Assembly (NCBI GenBank): GCA_015233495.1
Contig: JADFXQ010000002.1
Location: 34,390-98,389, forward strand
From: Candidatus Omnitrophota bacterium
GTDB lineage: Bacteria; Omnitrophota; Gorgyraeia; Zapsychrales; Zapsychraceae
Direction: 5' to 3'
Length of the DNA stretch: 64,000 bases
Part shown: one piece after another, positions 9,789 through 18,803 of the stretch
How the letters are laid out: each line of letters begins with the position of its first letter
Position numbering within the stretch: the first letter of the stretch is position 1
Notes under the pieces: generated by a model
Databases searched by the model: none
What the model was told of the DNA's origin: nothing
Seen by the model: the letters and a program-made list of their open reading frames with translations, nothing else
Program-made: the position numbers and the translations under genes

Positions 9789-10792
9789 AGAAAAAAATTT
9801 ATATCATTGCGGAAGCCGGGGTGAATCACAACGGGAATATGGATATCGCCCGCAAAATGATTGATGCGGCAGCCGCGGCGCAAGCCGACGCGGTAAAATT
9901 TCAAACCTTTCGCGCCGTGAATCTGCTTTGCCCGTCCGCTCCGAAAGCGGCTTACCAGATGCAGACAACCCATCCGGAGGAATCACAATGGGACATGATC
10001 AAGGCCTTGGAACTTTTGCCGAGCGATCACCCAATATTATTGCAGCATTGCCGCGCGGCCGGCATTACGTTTCTTTCTTCGCCGTTTGATTTGCCCAGCA
10101 TCGCGTTGTTAGCGGGACTCGGGCTGGATATTTATAAGATTCCTTCGGGTGAAATTACTAATTTGCCGTATTTACGGCAAGTGGGTCAGCTGGGGAAACG
10201 GGTGATTTTATCCACGGGCATGGCCACGCTCGCGGAAACAGCGGCAGCCATCGACGTTTTGACCCAAGCCGGGACAAAGCGGGACGATATCACCGCGCTG
10301 CACTGCACGACAGAATACCCGACGCCGTATGGTCAAGTCAATTTAAAAGCGATGCTTACGCTCAAAGAAAAATTGGGCGTGGCGGTGGGGTATTCCGATC
10401 ACACGCTGGGGATTGAGGTGGCAGTGGCGGCCGCGGCCCTCGGCGCTACGGTGATTGAAAAACATTTTACCCTAGATCGGACCATGCCGGGACCGGATCA
10501 TCCGGCTTCATTGGAACCGCAGGATTTGCGGCGTTTGGTGGAAGCGGTCCGCAATATTGAACTCAGTTTGGGCGATGGGATAAAACGGATGTCCGCGGTA
10601 GAGGAAAAAAATGTGACCGTGGTCCGCAAAAGCATTGTCGCCGCGCAAAAAATTATCCGGGGCGAGGTGTTTACCGCCGAAAATTTAACGACGAAACGGC
10701 CGGGAACCGGGTTAAATCCGATGCGCTGGGATCAGGTGATCGGCCGGACGGCGAAACGCGATTTTCAACCGGATGAATTGATCGAATTATGA
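9785..10792 (+). CDS. N-acylneuraminate-9-phosphate/nonulosonic acid synthase (NeuB/LegI/PseI family)
   Basis: AEAGVNHNGNMDIARKMIDAAAAAQADAVKFQTF is the NeuB-family N-terminal signature. A C-terminal SAF-like segment is present. 335 aa. Confidence 0.8.
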   Translation: MKKKIYIIAEAGVNHNGNMDIARKMIDAAAAAQADAVKFQTFRAVNLLCPSAPKAAYQMQTTHPEESQWDMIKALELLPSDHPILLQHCRAAGITFLSSPFDLPSIALLAGLGLDIYKIPSGEITNLPYLRQVGQLGKRVILSTGMATLAETAAAIDVLTQAGTKRDDITALHCTTEYPTPYGQVNLKAMLTLKEKLGVAVGYSDHTLGIEVAVAAAALGATVIEKHFTLDRTMPGPDHPASLEPQDLRRLVEAVRNIELSLGDGIKRMSAVEEKNVTVVRKSIVAAQKIIRGEVFTAENLTTKRPGTGLNPMRWDQVIGRTAKRDFQPDELIEL

Positions 10793-11673
10793 GAATTCTT
10801 TTTATCGGAAACGTCATTTTTAGCCGGAAGACTTTGGAAAAACTTTTGCGGTTGGGCGCGGATGTCGTGGGGGTTGTGACGAAAAAGTCTGCGGCGTTTA
10901 ACGCGGATTTTTGTGATTTGGGGGATGTCGCCGCCGTACACGGTTTGCCGCTGTTCTATGCCGAAGATTTCAATGCCGGGTCTACGGAAGAATGGATACG
11001 GCAGCAAAAACCGGAGGTGATTTTTTGTTTCGGCGTTTCCCAGCTTTTGCGGACTAATTTATTAACTGCGGCGCCTTTGGGAGTCATCGGCTATCATCCG
11101 GCGCTTTTACCCGCGAATCGGGGCCGCCATCCGCTGATTTGGGCGTTGGCTTTGGGACTGCCGCGCACGGGCTCAACTTTTTTTTTCATGGACGAAAAAG
11201 CGGACAGCGGCGATATCCTTGACCAGGAAATTGTGCCGATTGCGTATGAAGATGACGCCGGGACTTTGTACGCCAAGATAACGCAGACGGCGCTGGGACA
11301 GATCGAACGATTTTTGCCAAAGCTGGCTTCGGGGAATTTCCCGCGTTTACCGCAAGACCGGGCAGAGTCAAATGTTTGGCGTAAACGCGGCCGGGACGAC
11401 GGGAAGATCGTTTTTTCCGCTGGTTCGCGCGCAATTTATAATTTGACGCGCGCTTTGACCCGGCCTTATGTTGGCGCGCATGTTCTTTATCGGCAAGCCG
11501 AATTTAAAGTTTGGCAGACGCGGGAGTTGTCAGCCGGAGGAGCTAACGATGAGTTCGGCAAAATTTTAGCGGTGCGCGGCACGGAGATCGTTGTGCGTTG
11601 TCACGACGGAGCAGTGGGGTTGTTGGAACACGAGTTGTCAACTTTACCGAAACCAGGAGAATATTTCTTATGA
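10789..11673 (+). CDS. formyltransferase family protein (sugar N-formyltransferase-like)
   Basis: Fmt/ArnA-N-like fold: MRILFIGNV N-terminus and HPALLPANRGRHPLIWA, with the catalytic HxSLLPxxRG-type motif present as HPALLPANRG. 294 aa with a C-terminal extension. Confidence 0.65.
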   Translation: MRILFIGNVIFSRKTLEKLLRLGADVVGVVTKKSAAFNADFCDLGDVAAVHGLPLFYAEDFNAGSTEEWIRQQKPEVIFCFGVSQLLRTNLLTAAPLGVIGYHPALLPANRGRHPLIWALALGLPRTGSTFFFMDEKADSGDILDQEIVPIAYEDDAGTLYAKITQTALGQIERFLPKLASGNFPRLPQDRAESNVWRKRGRDDGKIVFSAGSRAIYNLTRALTRPYVGAHVLYRQAEFKVWQTRELSAGGANDEFGKILAVRGTEIVVRCHDGAVGLLEHELSTLPKPGEYFL

Positions 11674-12338
11674 AAAAAGTCCTTGTTGTCGCGGTGCATC
11701 CGGATGACGAAACTTTGGGGTGCGGGGGCACGCTGCTGCGGCACAAAGCTGCCGGGGACGCGGCAGCGTGGCTGATCGTGACCAGCGCTTTGACTGAGCA
11801 AGGATATGCTTCCGCAGAGGTTGACCGGCGCGCCCGGGAAATCGCCGCGGTCGGGCAAGAATATGGTTTTTCGTTGACCGAACAGTTGGGGTATCCAACC
11901 AAAAAATTGCGCACAGTGGGGGAGCATGAATTGATCGACCGGTTTTCGCGGATTCTGAAACAATGGGAGCCGCAGATAGTTTATCTTCCTTTTGCTCAAG
12001 ATGTGCATGGGGACCACCGGGTGGCTTTTACGACGATGTTTAGCGCCTTAAAATCTTTTCGGGCGCCTTTTGTGGAAAAGGTTTACATGATGGAAACCAT
12101 CAGTGAAACCGAGTTTGCCCCGGCATTACCCGGCAAGGGTTTCACGCCGAATGTTTTTGTGGATATCAGCGCTGTGTTGGATTCGAAAATGCGGATCATG
12201 AATTTATATTCCGCTGAGATGGGGGCGCATCCCTTTCCGCGCAGTGTGGAGCATATCCGGGCGCTTGCTTTACACCGCGGGGCTACCTGCGGTCGGACTT
12301 TCGCGGAAGCATTTATGTTACTAAAGGAAATATGGTGA
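11670..12338 (+). CDS. PIG-L/LmbE family deacetylase
   Basis: VAVHPDDETLGCGGTL is the LmbE-like zinc-dependent de-N-acetylase signature. ATGA-type overlap with the upstream gene. Confidence 0.7.
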   Translation: MKKVLVVAVHPDDETLGCGGTLLRHKAAGDAAAWLIVTSALTEQGYASAEVDRRAREIAAVGQEYGFSLTEQLGYPTKKLRTVGEHELIDRFSRILKQWEPQIVYLPFAQDVHGDHRVAFTTMFSALKSFRAPFVEKVYMMETISETEFAPALPGKGFTPNVFVDISAVLDSKMRIMNLYSAEMGAHPFPRSVEHIRALALHRGATCGRTFAEAFMLLKEIW

Positions 12339-13507
12339 AAAGAAAAATTTGTGTCTTTACGGGATCGCGGGCGGAATACGGATTGCTGTTCCCTTTATTG
12401 AACCTCTTGCGCGGCGACCAGGATTTTGTTTTGCAATTGATGGTATCGGGGATGCACGTAGCGGCGCAGTTTGGCGACACTTACCGGGCGATCGCCGCTG
12501 ACGGGTTTCCGATTCGCGCGAAAATCGACATTGAACTTTGCTCGGATACTCCGCCGGGTATTTGCCGCTCCATCGGTTTGGGCGTCGAACGGTATGCCGC
12601 GGCTTTGGCGCGGCTGCGGCCGGAAGTGATCGTGATTTTGGGCGATCGGTTTGAGGCGTTTGCCGCGGCTACCGCCGCCATGGTGGCCCGGATCCCTATC
12701 GCGCATATTCATGGCGGGGAAGCGACCTGGGGTTCGATCGACGAACCTATGCGCCACGCGATAACTAAAATGAGCGCGCTGCATTTTACTTCCACGGAAG
12801 AATATCGCCGTCGGGTGATTCAATTGGGAGAAAGACCCGGCACCGTATTTAACGTCGGAGCTTTGGGAATTGACAACATTCGGTCGATGGATTTGTTGTC
12901 CAAAGAGGATTTCGCGAAAATGCTGGGCGTGGGTTGGCGCGACAAAAATCTTTTGGTCACTTTTCATCCGGTCACTTTAGAAAAGGGCCAAGCGGCCTCT
13001 CAGATCGGGGAGTTGCTGGCGGCTTTGGAATCTTTTCCGGATATTTTCGTGATTTTCACCAAAGCCAACGCGGATACGGAAGGACAGGTTATCAATCAAA
13101 GGATTGCGGTTTACGCGCGGCGGCATCGGGACCGTTGTGCGGTGTTTGCGTCTTTGGGCCAGCGCAATTATTTGTCTGCTTTGCGGCAGGTCGACGGGGT
13201 GGTAGGCAATTCATCGAGCGGGATCATTGAAGCGCCCAGTTTTCAGATCGGGACGATCAATATCGGCGATCGTCAGCAAGGCCGCGTGCAAGCCCGCAGC
13301 GTAATCAATTGCCCGCCGCGTCGGGAGTCGATAGTCAAGGCTTTGCGGAAACTGTACACCCGAAAATTTCAAGCGGAATTGAAGTCGGTAACCAATCCCT
13401 ATGACCGCGGCGGGCCGGCCCGTCAAATCTGGGCGGTGTTGCGCCGGGTCCGGGAATTCAATCTGAAAAAAGTTTTCTATGATCTGCCAAATCGGGGGGA
13501 ACAATGA
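12332..13507 (+). CDS. UDP/GDP-N-acetylglucosamine 2-epimerase (hydrolysing), NeuC/LegG family
   Basis: KICVFTGSRAEYGLL N-terminus and an IAHIHGGE motif. 391 aa, matching the hydrolysing 2-epimerase family used in Neu/Leg pathways. Confidence 0.75.
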   Translation: MVKRKICVFTGSRAEYGLLFPLLNLLRGDQDFVLQLMVSGMHVAAQFGDTYRAIAADGFPIRAKIDIELCSDTPPGICRSIGLGVERYAAALARLRPEVIVILGDRFEAFAAATAAMVARIPIAHIHGGEATWGSIDEPMRHAITKMSALHFTSTEEYRRRVIQLGERPGTVFNVGALGIDNIRSMDLLSKEDFAKMLGVGWRDKNLLVTFHPVTLEKGQAASQIGELLAALESFPDIFVIFTKANADTEGQVINQRIAVYARRHRDRCAVFASLGQRNYLSALRQVDGVVGNSSSGIIEAPSFQIGTINIGDRQQGRVQARSVINCPPRRESIVKALRKLYTRKFQAELKSVTNPYDRGGPARQIWAVLRRVREFNLKKVFYDLPNRGEQ

Positions 13508-14562
13508 TCAGTGATATTTTTATTCCCAAAAATATGATTTTAAAACAGGCCATGCGGCAAATGGACAAAGGCGGACAGCGCATCCTTTTTGTTGTCGACG
13601 GACAGGGCCGGCTGATCGGCTCTTTGTCCGATGGGGATATCCGCCGGGGGATCATCAAGAACCACGACCTGAATGATTCGATCGCGACAGTCTATAATTC
13701 GCGGCCGTTTTTTTCCGCCCAGCCTTATGATTTGGAAAAGGTCAAAGCGGCGATGGTGACAATGAAAATTGAGCGGGTCCCGGTAATCGACGAGCACCGC
13801 CGCATCGTTGCCGTATTGAAATGGGAAGATTTGTTTGGCGGAAACCGGCCGGTAAAAGATAAACTCTCGATACCGGTAATGATCATGGCCGGTGGGAAAG
13901 GGACCCGTTTAGACCCGGTCACCCGGATTCTCCCCAAACCTTTGGTGCCGATCGGCGAGCGCAGCATTATCGACATTATTATTGATAAATTTACCGAATA
14001 CGGCATGGAAGAATTTTATATCTCGATCCAGCATAAAGCCAAATTGATCAAGGCTTTTTTTGAAGAAAAAGACGTTGCTTATAAAGTGCATTTCATTGAA
14101 GAACAAAAACCTTTAGGCACTGCCGGAAGTTTGCGGCTGCTTTTAGGCCGGATCCGCGACCGGGTGTGGGTTTCCAACTGTGATATCATTATCGACGGCA
14201 ATTACGCGGAGATCGCCGACTTTCATTTAAAAGGCGGCTATGACCTGACGATTGTCGGTTCGTTTCGGCATTTTACCGTGCCTTACGGCATCTGCCGGAT
14301 TGCCGACGGCGGTGAACTGGAAGATATGATCGAAAAACCCGAATATGATTTTCTGGTGAACACTGGCATGGTGCTGGTGGAAAAGCGCGCTTTACGTCTG
14401 ATCCCCGCGAATCGGGAGTTCCATATACCGGATTTGATCGCCAAGATCAAGAAAAAGGGCGGCAAAGTCGGCGTGTTTCCGGTGAATGAGAAATCCTGGA
14501 TCGATATCGGTGAATGGGAAAAGTATAAACAGACCATGGAAGATTTTGAAAAAAAGATTTGA
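13504..14562 (+). CDS. CBS-domain sugar-phosphate nucleotidyltransferase (PtmE-like)
   Basis: N-terminal CBS pair followed by the MAGGKGTRLDPVTRILPKPLVPI nucleotidyltransferase signature. The architecture matches the Campylobacter PtmE-type GlcN-1-P guanylyltransferase of the legionaminic pathway. Confidence 0.7.
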   Translation: MISDIFIPKNMILKQAMRQMDKGGQRILFVVDGQGRLIGSLSDGDIRRGIIKNHDLNDSIATVYNSRPFFSAQPYDLEKVKAAMVTMKIERVPVIDEHRRIVAVLKWEDLFGGNRPVKDKLSIPVMIMAGGKGTRLDPVTRILPKPLVPIGERSIIDIIIDKFTEYGMEEFYISIQHKAKLIKAFFEEKDVAYKVHFIEEQKPLGTAGSLRLLLGRIRDRVWVSNCDIIIDGNYAEIADFHLKGGYDLTIVGSFRHFTVPYGICRIADGGELEDMIEKPEYDFLVNTGMVLVEKRALRLIPANREFHIPDLIAKIKKKGGKVGVFPVNEKSWIDIGEWEKYKQTMEDFEKKI

Positions 14563-14602
14563 TTCCGGCGGTTGACTCCGGCGGGGATCGAGGGAGATTG
14601 TT

Positions 14603-16324
14603 TTGAACAATTTACGCAAACTGTTTCACGCTACCCGGGACCTTTTTCAGCGTTATCCCGGGCATACGGTCCGATTTTTGCTCGGGAATATTCTGGCTTC
14701 CTGTTCGCAGATCGTTTCGATCGGCAGTTTATATCCCATCATTTACGTGATCCTGAACAAAAATGTCGGGAACGACAAGGTCGGACGGTTATTCAACACG
14801 GTTTTCGCCGCCCTCCACTGGGAGCCGAATTTGCTGAATTATTTGCTGCTCTTCACCGGGGTCAGTTTCGTGTCTACCGTGGTTTTTATTGCCGTGGAAG
14901 TCGATCAAAATCGTTTTTTGCGCCGATTGGAATATGACACCCGCAGCGAGCTCACCGCGAAAGTTTTGGGATCGGCCTGGTCATTTTTGCGGACTTTAAA
15001 CCACGGTCGTTTTGTCAATGTGGTGATGCGCGACGTGGAAAGTTATAAATTAGTGGTTAAATATATTTTTCTGGCCTTGGCTTCGTTTATCCAATTTGGT
15101 TTTTTTTCCGGGGCATTGTTTTATTTGAACGTGGGGTTTGCCGGCCTGAGTTTTCTTTTGATGGCCGGGGCTTATTGTTTTATTGTTCCGGTAATCAAAC
15201 AGGCGAATCACCTGGGTCACGCGACGACCCGGGCTTACGCGCGGCAAAATCATTTTTTAATCAGCGGCGCGAAAGGGTTTAAGGAAATCAAGGCCGGGGC
15301 TTTGGAAACTTATTTTATGAAATCCGTGCGGCCGATTTTTGAAAACGTCGCGGATCTTTATTTTCGCGGCATGACTTTGACTGCCGTGCAGGTGCGGCTG
15401 GGCGAATTTTTGGGATATTTGGTTATCGCGATTTTGTTGTTTGTCAGCATGACCTGGTTGGCGATGAACGTCAATGTGCTGTTTATCGCCTTGGTGGTAA
15501 TTTCTCGGATCGTTCCGATGCTGCGCGCTGGGATTCAAAACGTGCATATCGCGTACAGCAATCTGCCTTCTATGGACCGGATGTTGGAATTATCTCAAGA
15601 ATGCCTCCCGGAGCAAACCCGCAGCCGGGCGCTTGCCAAACCTCTGGAAGCCATCGTTTGGAAAGACGTCGGATTTTCTTACGACGGCCGGCAGTGGTTG
15701 TTCCGCCATTTGGATTGTGTTTTCCGTAAAGGAGATTTTTGGGTCATCACCGGAGAAACCGGCAGCGGGAAATCCACAGTGCTGGATTTGCTCAGCGGCA
15801 TTGTCGAAACTACTGAGGGCCGGGTAGAGTGCGATCAGATCGGCCTTAAAGAGATCCAACGCGCTTCTTTACAAAAACGCATCGCTTATTTAACCCAAGG
15901 AGCTTTTATTTTTGAAGGCACGATTTTAGAAAATATCACCTGGGGACATCCGGTTGTCGATCCCGTTCAATTGCGTGACGTGATCCAACGGGCGCAATTG
16001 GACTCGGTTGTGGCGGATAAATCATTGGATTTTCCGGTCACCGAAGGCGGATCCAATTTGTCCGGAGGCCAACAGCAGCGCATCATGATTGGCCGCACGC
16101 TTTTGAAAAATTGCGATTTCATCTTGATGGATGAACCCAGTTCGGCGTTGGATGAGGCGACCGCGAATAACCTGATGACAGCGCTGCTGCCGTTGAAAGG
16201 CCGGGTTGGTCTCATTATGGTCACACATCGCGGCGAGTTTGCGCGGCACGCGGATTATGTTTTTGCTTTTTCCGGCCAGGGAGTTAAAATCACCGCCAAC
16301 TCGGCCGCGGTTGGTCCGGGATAA
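14603..16324 (+). CDS. ABC transporter permease/ATP-binding protein (fused exporter)
   Basis: TTG start after GAGGGAG. N-terminal TM region, then Walker A GETGSGKST, ABC signature LSGGQQQRI and Walker B ILMDEPSSALD. Confidence 0.75.
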   Translation: MNNLRKLFHATRDLFQRYPGHTVRFLLGNILASCSQIVSIGSLYPIIYVILNKNVGNDKVGRLFNTVFAALHWEPNLLNYLLLFTGVSFVSTVVFIAVEVDQNRFLRRLEYDTRSELTAKVLGSAWSFLRTLNHGRFVNVVMRDVESYKLVVKYIFLALASFIQFGFFSGALFYLNVGFAGLSFLLMAGAYCFIVPVIKQANHLGHATTRAYARQNHFLISGAKGFKEIKAGALETYFMKSVRPIFENVADLYFRGMTLTAVQVRLGEFLGYLVIAILLFVSMTWLAMNVNVLFIALVVISRIVPMLRAGIQNVHIAYSNLPSMDRMLELSQECLPEQTRSRALAKPLEAIVWKDVGFSYDGRQWLFRHLDCVFRKGDFWVITGETGSGKSTVLDLLSGIVETTEGRVECDQIGLKEIQRASLQKRIAYLTQGAFIFEGTILENITWGHPVVDPVQLRDVIQRAQLDSVVADKSLDFPVTEGGSNLSGGQQQRIMIGRTLLKNCDFILMDEPSSALDEATANNLMTALLPLKGRVGLIMVTHRGEFARHADYVFAFSGQGVKITANSAAVGPG

Positions 16325-16356
16325 GCGCGGAAAATCAACCGGGAGAGGAAGAGTTT

Positions 16357-17886
16357 ATGGCTTTTAAAGTTATGTTAGTTTATCCCAATATGCGGGGCAT
16401 GAATATGCTGCCTCCGGCCATGGGACTGCTTTCCGCGGTTCTCAAACGGGCAGGGATAGAGGTGCGTTTATTCGACACTACTTATTATCAATCCGTGGAA
16501 GGCAAAGAAGTCGATTCCGACGGATCAAAATCCGACCGGCTGATGGCCCGGCCTTTTCAGATGCCCCATGAAGTCACTTGCAAAACTTCGAACTGTTTTA
16601 CGGATTTTCGCGCGGAAGTGCAGCGGTTTCTTCCCGATCTCATCGGTCTTTCGTGCACGGAAGATATGTTCAAATTGGGAGTGAAATTATTATCCCAGGT
16701 CCGCGATTTGGGGATACCGACCATCGCCGGCGGCGTCTTTCCGACGTTCGCGCCGGACATTGTGCTGAATCAGCCGGAAATTGATATCATTTGCCGGGGC
16801 GAAGGCGAAGATGCCCTGTTAGCGCTCTGCCAGAAGATGGAACGCGGGGAGTCCTATGACCACATCGCCAATCTGTGGATTAAAAAACCGGACGGCGCGG
16901 TCAAAAAGAATGCCACGGCGCTGATCGATATGAACGCTAACCCTTTGATCGATATGTCTATCTTTGAAGAGGCGCGGTTTTATCGTCCCATGGGAGGAAA
17001 AGTTTATAAGATGTTTCCGGTGGAAACTTTTCGCGGCTGCCCGAACACCTGCGCCTATTGCAATTCGCCGTCGCAAGTGCAATTTTACCGTCAAGAAACC
17101 GGACATTCGTATCTTAGGCGTAAATCATTTGAGAATTTGCGCCGGGAATTGAAATTTTACAAGGACGTCATGGCCGCCGAATATTTATATTTTTGGGCCG
17201 ATACGTTTTTGTCCTGGACCGAGCGGGATTTCGAGGAGTTCTGCGAGCTTTATCAGGAAATCCGGCTGCCTTTTTGGTGCCAGACCCGCACTGAAACGAT
17301 CACCAAGGAAAAAATAACCAAAATGAAAAACATCGGTTGTGCCCGTATGTCCTTCGGCATTGAACACGGCAATGAACAATTCCGGCAAAAGGTGCTGAAA
17401 CGATTGACTACGAATCAGATGATGCTGGAAAAATTCCGGATCATCGAGGAATCAGGTATACCGTTCAGCGTGAACAATATCATCGGCTTTCCGCATGAGA
17501 CGCGGGAATTGGCCTTTGACACGGTGCGTTTTAACCGGCAGATCAATGCCTGGGACCGCAATGCTTATCCGTATTCGCCTTTTCATGGCACGCCTTTGCG
17601 CGAGGAATGCGAACGGCTGGGATTCATCACGCACGCGGATATCGCCCAATCTTTTGTGGTGGACGGATCGATTTTGGATATGCCGCAGTTTCCCCGTAAG
17701 GAAGTGAATAATCTGGCTAAGACTTTCAATATGTACGTCAAATTTCCGGAGTCGCGCTGGCCGCAGATCCGGCAAGGGGAAGCAGAGACGGAAGAGGGTA
17801 GAAAAATTTATACGGCTTTGAAAGAGGAGTTTATCGCTAAATTTTGGTCGCGGGAACCCGCAGCGGCCGCGGGAGAGGAGGGATGA
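16357..17886 (+). CDS. B12-binding domain-containing radical SAM protein
   Basis: An N-terminal cobalamin-binding-like domain, then the CxxxCxxC cluster motif FRGCPNTCAYCNSP. 509 aa, class B radical SAM-like. Confidence 0.75.
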   Translation: MAFKVMLVYPNMRGMNMLPPAMGLLSAVLKRAGIEVRLFDTTYYQSVEGKEVDSDGSKSDRLMARPFQMPHEVTCKTSNCFTDFRAEVQRFLPDLIGLSCTEDMFKLGVKLLSQVRDLGIPTIAGGVFPTFAPDIVLNQPEIDIICRGEGEDALLALCQKMERGESYDHIANLWIKKPDGAVKKNATALIDMNANPLIDMSIFEEARFYRPMGGKVYKMFPVETFRGCPNTCAYCNSPSQVQFYRQETGHSYLRRKSFENLRRELKFYKDVMAAEYLYFWADTFLSWTERDFEEFCELYQEIRLPFWCQTRTETITKEKITKMKNIGCARMSFGIEHGNEQFRQKVLKRLTTNQMMLEKFRIIEESGIPFSVNNIIGFPHETRELAFDTVRFNRQINAWDRNAYPYSPFHGTPLREECERLGFITHADIAQSFVVDGSILDMPQFPRKEVNNLAKTFNMYVKFPESRWPQIRQGEAETEEGRKIYTALKEEFIAKFWSREPAAAAGEEG

Positions 17887-18803
17887 TACCGGTGTTCGGA
17901 GATCTCGATTCGGTTTTAGAAAGGATTTTGTGCTGTCCCGCTTGCCGGGGCGGTTTGTGCCGCGTCCCGGAGGGGGTTTGCTGTCAGGACTGTCAAAAAA
18001 CGTATTTGTGGCGCGACGGTATTTTATGTTTTGATCAAGCCAATCCGGGCCAGCAACAGGAGAGCCAATTGCGCGAACAGGTAGCGGACCGCTACCGTTC
18101 GCTGTCTGCCAGGGAAATTTTGAAAGAAGTCGCGCTTTATCACTGTATTCCGGTGATGCGGGACCGGGCAGCCCGATTCCGCCGCGTTTTTTCCGAGCAA
18201 GAGTGGGTGATTGATATCGGCTGCGGCAATGGATATTATTGGGCGGGCTCGGCCGGCGCCAAACTGATCCTTTGTGATTTCGCTTTCAACAACCTGCTTG
18301 CCGCGAAAAAATTATTAAGCGGCCTGCCCGATGTTTTGTTGTTGAAGACCGACGCTTCGGGTCTTCCGCTAAAAGATAAAACGCTCAGCGGGCTTTGGAG
18401 CGTTCAGGTGACCCAGCATATGCCGCTGGAAGTTTTCGCGGAATTTCAGCGGGAAATCCAGAGGGTGCTGCTGCCGGAGTTTTGTTTGGAGATTTATAAT
18501 TTTAATCCGTCTTTATTGCATCGGACGGTTTTCAAATTATGCGGAAAAAAATTTCATTGCAAAGGCCAGCGCGGCCATTATTTGGAAAATAAGTTGAACG
18601 CTCGGGAATTGCTCGAGCTTTGGCGGGAATTTGCCGGCCGCAAACGTCGGGAAATTTTTTATAGTGAATACATTTTTCATCCTAATTTCCGGATGTTTCC
18701 CCAAGGCAAAGGCGCGCTTTTTGTGGAAAAGCTCTTAACCCCTTTTCCGGGGTTGACACAATATTTTGCGGAACAGATTGGGATCCGGATCAACGGGCGA
18801 TGA
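17883..18803 (+). CDS. Trm112-like zinc-ribbon / class I SAM methyltransferase domain protein
   Basis: ATG at 17883 overlaps the upstream stop. CCPACRGGLC...CCQDC zinc ribbon, then VIDIGCGNGYY motif I. Confidence 0.55.
   Translation: MIPVFGDLDSVLERILCCPACRGGLCRVPEGVCCQDCQKTYLWRDGILCFDQANPGQQQESQLREQVADRYRSLSAREILKEVALYHCIPVMRDRAARFRRVFSEQEWVIDIGCGNGYYWAGSAGAKLILCDFAFNNLLAAKKLLSGLPDVLLLKTDASGLPLKDKTLSGLWSVQVTQHMPLEVFAEFQREIQRVLLPEFCLEIYNFNPSLLHRTVFKLCGKKFHCKGQRGHYLENKLNARELLELWREFAGRKRREIFYSEYIFHPNFRMFPQGKGALFVEKLLTPFPGLTQYFAEQIGIRINGR

Noticed and set aside
14572-14937. 121-aa ORF overlapping the ABC transporter start in another frame
   Set aside because: Arg-rich, no motifs, and overlaps a gene with unambiguous ABC signatures.
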